A DNA stretch of 64,000 nt, from the NCBI GenBank assembly GCA_963575745.1, contig CAUYUJ010000194.1, positions 1 to 64,000 of the forward strand. Direction: 5' to 3'. Positions 1 through 10,991 of the stretch are shown here, piece by piece. A program made the translations under genes and the position numbers. Under the pieces are notes generated by a model. That model was not told the DNA's origin. It saw only the letters and a list, made by a program, of their open reading frames with translations, and ran no database searches. The stretch comes from Prorocentrum cordatum. Its lineage: Eukaryota. Positions within the stretch are counted from its first letter, which is position 1. Each line of letters starts with the position of its first letter.

Positions 1-7
1 GCTCAAA

Positions 8-409
8 TTGGCGCGCCGCAAGAACAAGCAATTCGGGTCCGTGCTGCAGCGAGCGTGCTGGCGCGCGCGCTGCACGAAGACGTGCCCGGTCCACGCGCTC
101 GGCGCATGGTTCGCGGACCTGCCCGTGGGCACCAGGCCGTTCGCGGACATTAGCGCGGCCAGCTCGCTGAGCACGCTGCGCTTTCTCCTCGGTCAGCTCG
201 GCGTCAAAGACGCGGCGCTCTATCGCACGCACGACCTGCGGCGCGGGCACGCACTGGACCTCCAGCAGAGGGGAGGCACCTTGCGCGAGATCCTTCAAGC
301 GGGCGAATGGTCCTCGCCCGCGCTCCTGTCGCACCTCGCTTTGACGCAACTCGAACTCGGCGCCGTGGTCGAGGCGCATCTAGCTGAGTCCGAGGACGAA
401 CTTGCCTAG
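8..409 (+). CDS. Tyrosine recombinase C-terminal catalytic region of a DIRS/Ngaro-like or Crypton-like element; 5' part lies outside the window
   Basis: Translation contains CPVHAL, then THDLRRGHA (H-x-x-R box) and GEWSSPALLSHL, the usual YR box II layout. The expected catalytic Tyr position reads His, so the copy may be inactive. Confidence 0.75.
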   Translation: MARRKNKQFGSVLQRACWRARCTKTCPVHALGAWFADLPVGTRPFADISAASSLSTLRFLLGQLGVKDAALYRTHDLRRGHALDLQQRGGTLREILQAGEWSSPALLSHLALTQLELGAVVEAHLAESEDELA

Positions 410-563
410 GCAATGGCGACCCAGGCGTCGCGCGACGCCCTCGCGCGCACGCCTCCGCCGCCGCGTGTCACAACACCGCGGCGCCGCCGCACGCAACACC
501 CGTTTCGCAAGGGGTGCGCGTGCCGCGCGCGTCGCCGCTGCGCGGTGCACCGGCATGCATCGG

Positions 564-1499
564 CTGGGGGCACTTGCATCCCTGGCGCCCCGCGCGTCGG
601 CTCAGACTGGCACCGCCAGGCTGGACGGCGCGGGGGGTGCCGCACCCCTTGTCAAGTGGGTGCGGGCATCCTCGGGTGCGGGAGGCTTCTGGCGCAGCTG
701 AAATTTGTGGTGGGCGCCCAACGCCATCGAAAGCGCGCGCGCTCGCTTGTGCTGCGTTGTGCGCGGGCACAAATTTCGCGCCCGCGCCTGGCCCGCAGGC
801 CCCCGGGCGCGGCAGCTGGGCGCGCGCCGCCGCCGCACCGCCTTTCCTTGTTAAACGCGGGCGCGCGGCCCCTGCCCACGCGAAGGGGCCCGGCGCGCTC
901 TGCGGGGGGGCGCTCAGCATGCGCCTCGCGGCGCGCGTCTGCCCCCACGCCGAAGGGGCCCTGCGTGCGCGCGAGGTGCGGGGGGGGGCGGCGCGGGGAA
1001 GAGGGCTTGGGTGGGGGGGGGGGGTTCGCCCGGGGGGGTGGGTGGGGGGGGGGGGGGGGGGGGGGAGGGGGGTGGGGGCGCAAGCGACGGCGCGCGCCTC
1101 GCGGCGCGCGGCCCCGCGCGAAGGGCCCGCGCGCGAGGGGGGTGCGTCGTCGCGCGCGTGGCTTGTCTGCTCTTCTGCTCGCTTTGCGTCGAACGCCCCG
1201 TGCAGGCGCGCCGCGGGGATCGCGTCGGGCCGGTTCGCGGCGCGCCTCGGGGTCGTGCGATGTGCAAGCATTGGTGCTTGCATCTCGCAGGCGTGTGCGC
1301 TTGCGTCCCGCCGTGGCGGACGGCGCGCGCGCTTTCGCCCCACCCCCCCGCTCCTGGGGGTACTTGCATCCCTGGCGCCCCGCGCGTCGGCTCAGACTGG
1401 CACCGCCAGGCTGGACGGCGCGGGGGGTGCCGCACCCCTTGTCAAGTGGGCGCGGGCACCCTCGGGTGCGGGAGGCTTCTGGCGCAGCTGAAATTTGTG
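564..1499 (+). mobile_element. Split direct repeats (B1 564-709, B2 1354-1499) at the 3' end of a YR retroelement
   Basis: Two 146-bp copies 790 bp apart with 3 mismatches, lying just downstream of the YR ORF. This matches the B1-A2-B2 end of PAT/Ngaro elements. Confidence 0.6.
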
Positions 1500-2474
1500 A
1501 CCAGCCTCCACGCGATCCCCAAGCACATTGCCCCCCCCGGCGCCAATCCCCAAAACGCTCCTACGGCGCCCGGGCCGGGATGGCTTCTACTCGCGGCAAT
1601 TCCCTGCAGCGGGCCGAAGCGGACGGACGCATCCCACGCATAATACATGGCGCCAACTCAGGGCAATGTTATCGGGCAGGAATTGTCTTGATCTTCAAGA
1701 GCATGTAGTCATTGGGCAACGTGCAGCTGAGTCGCGAATTCCTCTCACGGTCAACGACGTGCCCAAGTCCAAGGCAACGCGCGCGAAAAACCGCGTTCCT
1801 CAAGTGTTCGGCAGTCGATGAGATCAGCTTCATCCAGCGACCGATAATCAAAAAAGCACATGATATCACGCCTGCTCCACCACTGCCCCTCGCGATAGCA
1901 CCGATGGCGCACGCGCCATCCAGCCCCTCACCAGCAGCGCCGATCGGCATCGCAATTATCTTGCCCCATTGTTGCCGGCCCCTTCTGGATGTCACAACCT
2001 CTCTGACTCATCGCCGAAGATGCCGCGGAAGCCGCGGCAACTGACGGTCCGTCTACAGGAATCACAGCGTCACCGACACGAATGTCTGCGCGTCTACCCT
2101 TGGGTGGCCGCGTTCCTCCGGCGCCCCCAGGGGCTGGCATTTCTGGGGGCGGCGGATGAGACGTCCGGCGATCGGGCGGCGCCGGAGGAGGAAAAACCAG
2201 ACCCCACGCTCACTGAAAGCCACTATGTAAGAATATCTCATATTATGGTTTTTAAGAACATGTTTCAGCACATGTGCTTCCATATACAATATTTAGGGAA
2301 ATGTATCATTTCCACATACAAGCCGTCCTCAACTGGAGGTAATGCCTGAGTAGATGCGCATATAGTATTCTTATTGCGCAGACTGTGTTTCTATGCTACT
2401 AATGGGTACGTTATGTCCCTGAAATGGAGCAGACAGGGGGAGAGCGACGCCCTAACGATAGTCAAGAACGGAAT

Positions 2475-4815
2475 GACTATGACTATGACTATGACTATGA
2501 CGATGACTATGACTATGACTACGACTACGACTACGACTACGACTACGACTACGACTACGACTACGACTATGACTATGACTATGACTATGACTATGACTAC
2601 GACTATGACTATGACTATGACTATGGCTATGACTATGACTATGACTATGACTATGACTATGACTATGACTATGACTATCGACTATGAGCTGGTATGACTT
2701 TGACTATGACTATGACTATGACTATGAGCTATACTAATGAACTATGACTATGACTAGTGACATGACTATGACTGAGGGCTATGACTATGACTATGACTAT
2801 GACTATGACTATGACTATGACTATGACTATGACTATGACTATGACTATGACTATGACTATGACTATGACTATGACTATGACTATGACTCTGACTATGACT
2901 ATGACTATGACTATGACTATGACTATGACTATGACTATGACTATGACTATGACTATGACTATGACTATGACTATGACTATGACTATGGCTATGGCTATGG
3001 CTATGAGTATGACTATGACTATGACTATGACTATGACTATGACTATGACTATGACTATGACTGTGACTATGACTATGACTACGACTACGACTATGACTAC
3101 AACTACGACTATGACTACGAATATGACTATGACTATGACTGTGACTATGACTGTGACTACGACTACGACTACGACTAAGAACTACGACTACGACTACGAG
3201 TACGACTACGACTACGACTACTATGACTATGGCTATGACTATGGCTATGGCTATGGTTTTGACTATGACTATGATTCTAACTGTGACTATGACTATGACT
3301 ATGACTATGACTATGACTATGACTATGACTATGACTATGAATATGACTATGACTATGACTATGACTATGGCTATGACTATGACTATGATGACTACGACAC
3401 GGACTATGACGATGACTATGACTATGACTATGACTATGACTACGATTATGACTTCGACGGTGGCTACGACTACGACTGTGACTACGACTATGAAAATGAC
3501 GATCACTATGACTATGGCTATGACTATGACAATGACTGTGACTAGGACTATGACTATGACTACGACTATGACTATGACTATGACTATGACTACGAAATTG
3601 ACTACGACTACGACTACGACTACAACTATGATTGTGAATATGAATATGACTATTACTATGACTATGACTATGACTATCACTATGACTGTGACTATGACTA
3701 ATACTATGACTATGACTATGACTGTGACTACGACTATGACTATGACTATGACTATGACTGCGACTACGACTACGACTACGACTATGACTATGACTATGAC
3801 TATGACTATGACTATGACTATGACTATGACTATGACTAAAACTATGACTATGACTATGGCTATGACTATGACTACGACTATGACTATGACTATGACTATG
3901 ACTATGACTATGACTATGACTATGACTATGACTATGACTATGACTATGAATATGACTATGACTATGACTATGACTATGACTATGACTATGACTATGACTA
4001 TGACTATGACTATGACTATGACTATGACTATGACTATGACTATGACTATGACTATGACTATGACTATGACTATGACTATGACTATGACTATGACTTTGAC
4101 TATGACTATGACTATGACTATGACTATGACTATGACTATGACTATGACTATGACTATGACTATGACTATGACTATGACTATGACTATGACTATGACTATG
4201 GCTATGGCTATGGCTATGGCTATGGCTATGACTACGACTACGACTATGACTATGACAATGACTATAACTATGACTATGACTATGAACATGACTATGCCTA
4301 TGCCTATGCCTATGCCTCTGCCTCTGCCTCTGCCGCCTCTGCCTCTGCCTCTGCCTCTGCCTCTGCCTCTGCCTCTGCCTCTGCCCCTGCCTCTGCCTCT
4401 GAGCCTCTGCCTCTGAGCCTATGAGCCTATGAGCCTATGAGCCTATGACTATGACTATGACTATGACTATGACTATGACTATGACTATGACTATGACTAT
4501 GACTATGACTATGACTATGACTATGACTATGACTATGACTATGACTATGACTATGACTATGACTATGACTATGACTATGACTATGACTATGACTATGACT
4601 ATGACTATGACTATGACTATGACTATGACTATGACTATGACTTATGACAGACTAGACTATGACTATTGACTATGACTATGACTATGACTATGACTATGAC
4701 TATGACTATGACTATGACTATTGACTATGACTATGACTATGACTATGACTATGACTATGACTATGACTATGACTATGACTATGACTATGACTATGACTAT
4801 GACTATGACTATGAC

Positions 4816-4861
<46 letters not shown>

Positions 4862-5798
4862 TATGACTATGACTATGACTATGACTATGACTATGACTAT
4901 GACTATGACTATGGCTATGGCTATGGCTATGGCTATGGCTATGGCTAGGGCTAGGGCTAGGGCTAGGGCTAGGGCTATGGCTATGGCTATGGCTGTGGCT
5001 ATGGCTATGGCTATGGCTATGGCTATGACTATGACTATGACTATGACTATGACTATGACTATGACTATGACTATGACTATGACTATGACTATGACTATGA
5101 CTACGACTATGACTATGACTACGACGATGACTACGACTATGATTATGACTATGACTATGACTATGACTATGACTATGACTATGACTATGACTATGACTAT
5201 GACTATGACTGCGACTATGACTATGACTATGACTATGACTATGACTATGACTATGACTATGACTATGACTATGACTGATATTATAACTATGACTATGACT
5301 ATGACTATGCCTATGCATATGCCTATGCCTATGTCTATGCCTATGCCTATGCCTATGCCTATGACTATGACTATGACTATGACTATGACTATGACTATGA
5401 CTATGACTATGACTATGACTATGACTATGACTATGACTATGACTATGACTATGACTATGACTATGACTATGACTATGACTAAGACTATGACTATGACTAT
5501 GACTATGACTATGACATATTAGTAGTACCATGACTATGACAATGACTACGACTACGGACTACGGACTACGACTATGACTATGGGCTATGAACATGCTATG
5601 ACTATGGGACTATGACTATGACTGATGACTATGGCGATGACTATGACTATGACTATGACTATGACTATGACTATGACTATGACTATGACTATGACTATGA
5701 CTATGACTATGACTATGACTATGACTATGACTATGACTATGACTATGACGATGACGATGACTATGACTATGACGACGACTATGACTACGACTATGACT

Positions 5799-5851
<53 letters not shown>

Positions 5852-6255
5852 TATGACTATGACTATGCCTAGGACTATGCCTATGCTATGCCTATGCCTT
5901 TGCCTTTGCCTTTCCTATAGCCTATGCCTATATGACTATGACTATGACTATGACTATGACTATGACTATGACTATGACTATGACTATGACTACGACTACG
6001 ACTATGACTATGACTATGACTATGACTATGACTATGACTATGACTATGACTATGACTATGACTATGACTATGACTATGACTATGACTGTGACTATGACCA
6101 TGACTATGACTATGACTATGGCTATGGCTATGGCTATGACTATAACTACGACTATGACTATGACTATGACTATGACTATGACTATGACTATGACTATGAC
6201 TATGACTATGACTATGACTATGACTATGACTATGACTATGACTATGACTACGACT

Positions 6256-6308
<53 letters not shown>

Positions 6309-6715
6309 TATGCATATGCCTATGCCTTTGCCTATGCCTATGCCTATGCCTATGCCTATGCCTATGCCTATGACTATGACTATGACTATGACTATGACTA
6401 TGACTATGACTATGACTATGACTATGACTATGACTATGACTATGACTATGAATATGACTATGACTATGACTATGACTATGACTATGGCTATGGCTATGGC
6501 TATGGCTATGGCTATGATGACTATGACTATGACTATGACTATGACTATGACTATGACTATGACTATGACTATGACTATGACTATGACTATGACTATGACT
6601 ATGAGTATGACTATGACTATGACTATGACTATGACTATGACTATGATTATGATTATGACTACGACTATGACTATGACTACGACTATGACTACGACTATGA
6701 CTACGACTACGACCA
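2475..6715. repeat. (GACTAT)n hexamer array with variant blocks (GACTAC, GGCTAT, GCCTAT, GCCTCT, GACGAT, GGCTAG)
   Basis: Directly visible; all MT/DY/HS/VI ORFs here are repeat translations. Confidence 0.98.
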
Positions 6716-7029
6716 CGGTAAGGTCTACGGATACGACGCTGTCTATAACTATGACTGCGACTACGCGTTTGACCCAGAGGAGCCAACAACAAATCTGTCC
6801 AAGTCGAGCCCCATGATCACGCAGCGGCCCTAGTGGAAACAATTCGGTGCCACAGCGGGCACAGAAAGAGACGCATATCCCATGTAAGTTTTGCGTCGGC
6901 AATGTGCAAAAACAAGGGAACCCTTCGCGCGGGCAGTATAACTGGACATGCAAGCGTACATGTACAATGTCTGGTGCAAGCGGCAAAACAAAGGGAGGGG
7001 GGAGAGGTGGAGAGAGGGACGGGGAAAGA

Positions 7030-7800
7030 ACAGCAACAACAGCAACAACAACAACCACAGCCATGTTAAGAGTATTCGTTCTTACTTGTTTTTGTGCCAT
7101 TCCACATGCATGCCCCTAATACTCGGTACTGGCCCTCTTCGTCTTCGATCGTACACCCTCTGGGGACATATCTTCCTTACCTGCCGCGTATACTTGGCGT
7201 AGCCACTGAAACAGGGCAAGGGATGGGAAGGTGTGCGAGAAAGATGGAGCACGGGATTCGCAGGAGGGGGGCTACGAGCAGATAACACGTAGCAGAACCA
7301 GACGGACCCAACGGGCAGGTAGACCCTAACGGGCGGGTCGGCAAGCCAAGCCCCAACCGCCAGGTCGAGAGACGTGTTGCTCAAGCGTGAACACTGCATG
7401 AATCGCAGAGAGAGCCCGAGTGATACCGCGATTCCCAAGTAAATCGTGAGAAAGCCCAAGGCGGAAGCGTGATTCCTGAGTGTCGGAGGCGCGGCGCCTG
7501 AAAAAAACTGTGGAGACGTCACGCGCGAGAGTGCGCTTCCTGCATAATTTGTGGGGGGGTCCCGCGCAAGAGCACGATGTTGAAAGATGTTTGTGAGGAA
7601 GTATCGGGCGGGAGTTGTTCTTGTTGAACTCTGATTTCTTACAAAAAATGTTGCTCACCCCCGCCCCCCCCCAGTAACAAATGTGTTTGTTCAATTGGAG
7701 TACCCCTTCCTGGGGCTCGCACCCTGACCTCTATTAGGGAAGGCCTTCCTCCTCAAGCTACGCCCGTGGCCGCCAGTTTACAACGACAACAACGACAACA
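7030..7800 (+). mobile_element. AAC-jointed element: L module, 42-bp repeats, then R module in inverted orientation (7622-7783)
   Basis: L signature GCCCTCTTCGTCTTCG at ~7132. The reverse complement of 7622-7783 contains GTGCGAGCCCCAGGAAGGGG...CAATTGAA...GAGTTCAAC, as in 9279-9441. Confidence 0.6.
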
Positions 7801-7808
7801 ACAACAAC

Positions 7809-8572
7809 AATTACTAGCACGTGGGGACACTCCGTTCTCACCAGTGCCAGGGTTTTCATAGGAGGCGGGCAATACCCCCACTTTGTGGGGGGGCCGGTTC
7901 AAGCTCTACCAAATTTCCAAACGACTCTTCGCCACCACCCACACCCAGCTTCCCGCCCTATGACGTTCGGACACTTCACTTCGTGGCATGCGGACGACCG
8001 TGGCTACTATTCAGGGCCCCGCGGCCGACGACGACGGCGTGCGCGCGCGAAGAAAAAACGAATGTGTCCCGCATGGTATTATTTGACAGGGATGATGGCC
8101 CTGGCAGGTGCGCAACCGTTGTTGCAGAAGTTCGAAAAAGTTGTTCGCAAAAGCCCGTTTGACAGAAATGTTTAAAAAGTGTTGGGTTTCCTACGAATCC
8201 GCAAGAGCGCGCGGGATGAAATTTCGACAATTTTTGTTGAAAAACCATTGGTTTTTTGATGTTTTTATGTTAAAATCGCTACGAAAACTAAGGTTTTGGA
8301 AGGATTTCGTCTTGCGCGCGCGAATGTCCACTTTACCTTATTTTTTGCAAGGGATTCTTGAAATTTGATTATATTAGAACAAGAAATGTCATTTTATAGT
8401 GTTTTTTGCAAGGGAAAGCGGATTACAACAAAACAACCGGATCTGGATCACATCGTTTTACCTGAGGCTTCCTCACGAAAATGATGAAAATGTAGCTGCG
8501 GCCTAGGCGGCGCAGGGGGGGGCGTGCACCAGGGGTCCCAACAATAATTATTCTTTAGAAGTAATAATGTTC
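7809..8572 (+). mobile_element. Non-coding element B, copy B0 (internally deleted)
   Basis: Shares the 5' block (GTTCTCACCAGTGCCAGGG...CCCCCACTTTGTGGGGG) and the 3' block ending CAACAATAATTATTCTTTAGAA...TGTTC with copies at 17241, 18551 and 19871; flanked by AAC. Confidence 0.8.
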
Positions 8573-8578
8573 AACAAC

Positions 8579-9441
8579 AATCATCTTAAGACTGATCGCT
8601 CTTATATGCGCGCGCGTCACTCAATATGTAAATCCCAAACCCTCGATACCCACCCTCTTCGTCTTCGGTCATACCCCTTTGGGGGTATATCTTTTTTACT
8701 CGCCACGTGTAGTTGGCGCAGCCCCTAAAACAGGAAGAGCAGGGGGAAGGAGGAAGGGAGAGCGAGGAGGAAAAGAGTGGGGGGAGGGAGGGAGGAGGGA
8801 TCAAGAAGAATTATTCTTCAGTATTGAGAGTTCAGCAGGGCTCAGTTGTGAGGGAGGTCCCAGGCGGGAGCGCCGCTCCCGGAGTAATGCGCGAGGAAGT
8901 CTCAGGCGGGAGCGCCTCCGCCTGAGTAAACTGCGAGGAAGTCCCAGGCGGGGGCGGGGGTCCTGAGTAAATGTGGAGGAAGTATCAGGCGGGAGCCGTT
9001 GTTGTTGTAGTCCGGGGGGCCAACAACACAGTTTGATGCTCAGTTGTGAAGGAGGTCCCAAGCGGGAGCGCCGCTCCCGGAGTAATTTGCGAGGAAGTCT
9101 CAGGCGGGAGCGCCTCCGCCTGAGTAAACTGCGAGGAAGTCCCAAGCGGGGGCGGGGGTCCGGAGTAATTTGCGAGGAAGTCTCAGGCGGGAGCGCCTCC
9201 GCCTGAGTAAACTGCGAGGAAGTCCCAGGCGGGGGCGGGGGTCCTGAGTAAATTTGGAGGAAGTATCAGGCGGGAGCCGTTGTTGTTGTTGTCCGGGGGG
9301 CCAACAACGCAGTCTGATGCCCACGACTTTCCCTGATAAAAAACATGGTGCGAGCCCCAGAAGGGGCACTTCAATTGAAAAAATACGATGTCCGCCGGAG
9401 GGGGGGGATCAACAATAATTATTCTTCAGTAGTTAGAGTTC
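8579..9441 (+). mobile_element. AAC-jointed element: L module, 42-bp repeat array, R module
   Basis: Starts AATCATCTTAAGACTG, has hairpin ATACCCC-TTTG-GGGGTAT (8671-8688), about ten 42-bp units, then (GTT)n-R-GAGTTC(AAC)n. Confidence 0.7.
8850..9278 (+). repeat. 42-bp tandem repeat GAGGAAGTCTCAGGCGGGAGCGCCTCCGCCTGAGTAAACTGC and variants
   Basis: Period read directly; related units at ~7430-7620, 10140-10325 and inverted at 15413-15600. Confidence 0.85.
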
Positions 9442-9476
<35 letters not shown>

Positions 9477-9486
9477 CCACCACAAC

Positions 9487-9737
9487 AATCATTTTAAGAC
9501 TGTTCGCCCTTCTATGCTCGAGTGTCCAATAACGCGTATTTCCCAAACCCTCGATACCCGCCCTCTTCGTCTTCGATGGAACCCCTTTTTGGGGGTATAC
9601 CTTTCTTCCCTGCAGGCCGGGCCCCGGCAAGCGGCGGGGCGGCCGCGGACCGTCGGCCTGGCCAGCGGCAGCGATGATCGGCGGGGCGGCCGCGGACCGT
9701 CGACCCGACCCCAGGAGGGACGGACAGGGGACCGACC

Positions 9738-9786
<49 letters not shown>

Positions 9787-10325
9787 AAACGACGTCGAAG
9801 ACGACGGCGACGACGGCGACGACGAGCGAAAGCGAGAGCGAGAGAGAACGACAGCAGGGCCACGAAGGGCACGAAGTAGGCCACGAAGGGCGACAGCGGG
9901 GACACGATGGGAATGCGTATGGGGCCACGAAGAGTGCGAACGAGCGGGGGCCACGAAGTGCAGATGATGCGGGGCCACAGAAGGCAACTATGGGGCCACT
10001 GAAGGTAGCAACTGGGCCACGTAGGACAATGAGGGGGACACAAATGGCGACAGCGGGGCCACAAAGGGCACGCACATGGGGCCACAACGGGCGCGACTCC
10101 TGGCTGCCTGGGTGTCGGGAGCGCGGCGCTTGGGCAATTACAAGAAATTCCAACGCAAGGCCATTCTTTAGTAAGTTGCAAGCAAGTCTCCAGCGAGAGC
10201 GCGAATCTAGAGCTCCGGGAGAGCGATTCCTGAATAAATTGTAAGGAAGTCCCAAGCGAGAGCGCGATTCCTGAATCAAATGCGAGGAAGTCTCGGGCGG
10301 GAGCGGGGGTCCTGCCTAAATTGTA
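9487..10325 (+). mobile_element. L module, (GAC)n, GGGGCCAC short repeats and 42-bp units; left part of an element whose right part resumes at ~15226
   Basis: Starts AATCATTTTAAGACTG...CCCAAACCCTCGATACCCGCCCTCTTCGTCTTCG, with hairpin ACCCC-TTTTTG-GGGGT. Confidence 0.55.
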
Positions 10326-10991
10326 AGGCAAGGGCAAAGGCAAAGGCAAAGGTAAAGCAAGGGCAAGTACAAAGGCAAAGGCAAAGGCAACGGAGAAGGA
10401 AAAGGCAACGGCAAAGGAAAAGGCAAAGGCAAATGATGCCTGAGTTTTGCCGACGCTTTGTGGTCAGCAGTTTGGTCCCTTGTCTTGTTGTGTGCCTCGC
10501 GCGGAGAGTAATCGTTCCTCGCTGCCACGCCATGCCCGCATTTCTTTGGCAAGCTGCACGACGACCGTGCCGCCTTGTGTGCTACGTGCGGCGAGCACGT
10601 AGATATGCGTGCTGCGAGGGGCCTGGGCCCCAGGAGCCCCCCCTTGAGGTTTTCGAGTTGCGTTGGCACCGGGCCAGCTGCACGCACTGCGGGGTCCTGG
10701 GCGCGACTGATCCTGTGCATGGTGATCTGACCTGGGTTGTTGATGTTGCCACTGGGTGTCAAGCTTTTTTCTTGTCTTCGCAGTGGGGGTTGACGATGAA
10801 GCGCGGTTGCTCATGTCTCCACCTGCCCGATTCGCCACTGCTTTTCCTGCGTGCCCTGTGGCGCTGCGCCAGGCTGTCGCTCAGCCTCTTTGTCCGGCCT
10901 CCTGATCCTCGGAGTGGGGTGTCGTTTTCTCCAGGGTACGCCGCCTCGGCGCCCCGTGCGCTCCGCCTGGTGCCGACCCCGAGGCCGCTGA

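Noticed and set aside
413..1708. 431-aa and overlapping Arg/Gly-rich ORFs
   Set aside because: Stop-poor GC-rich terminal-repeat DNA with no domain signal.
1500..2350. Coding remnant after the YR element
   Set aside because: No motif recognised in any frame.
2374..7100. Long ORFs of MT, DY, HS and VI dipeptides
   Set aside because: They are translations of the (GACTAT)n array.
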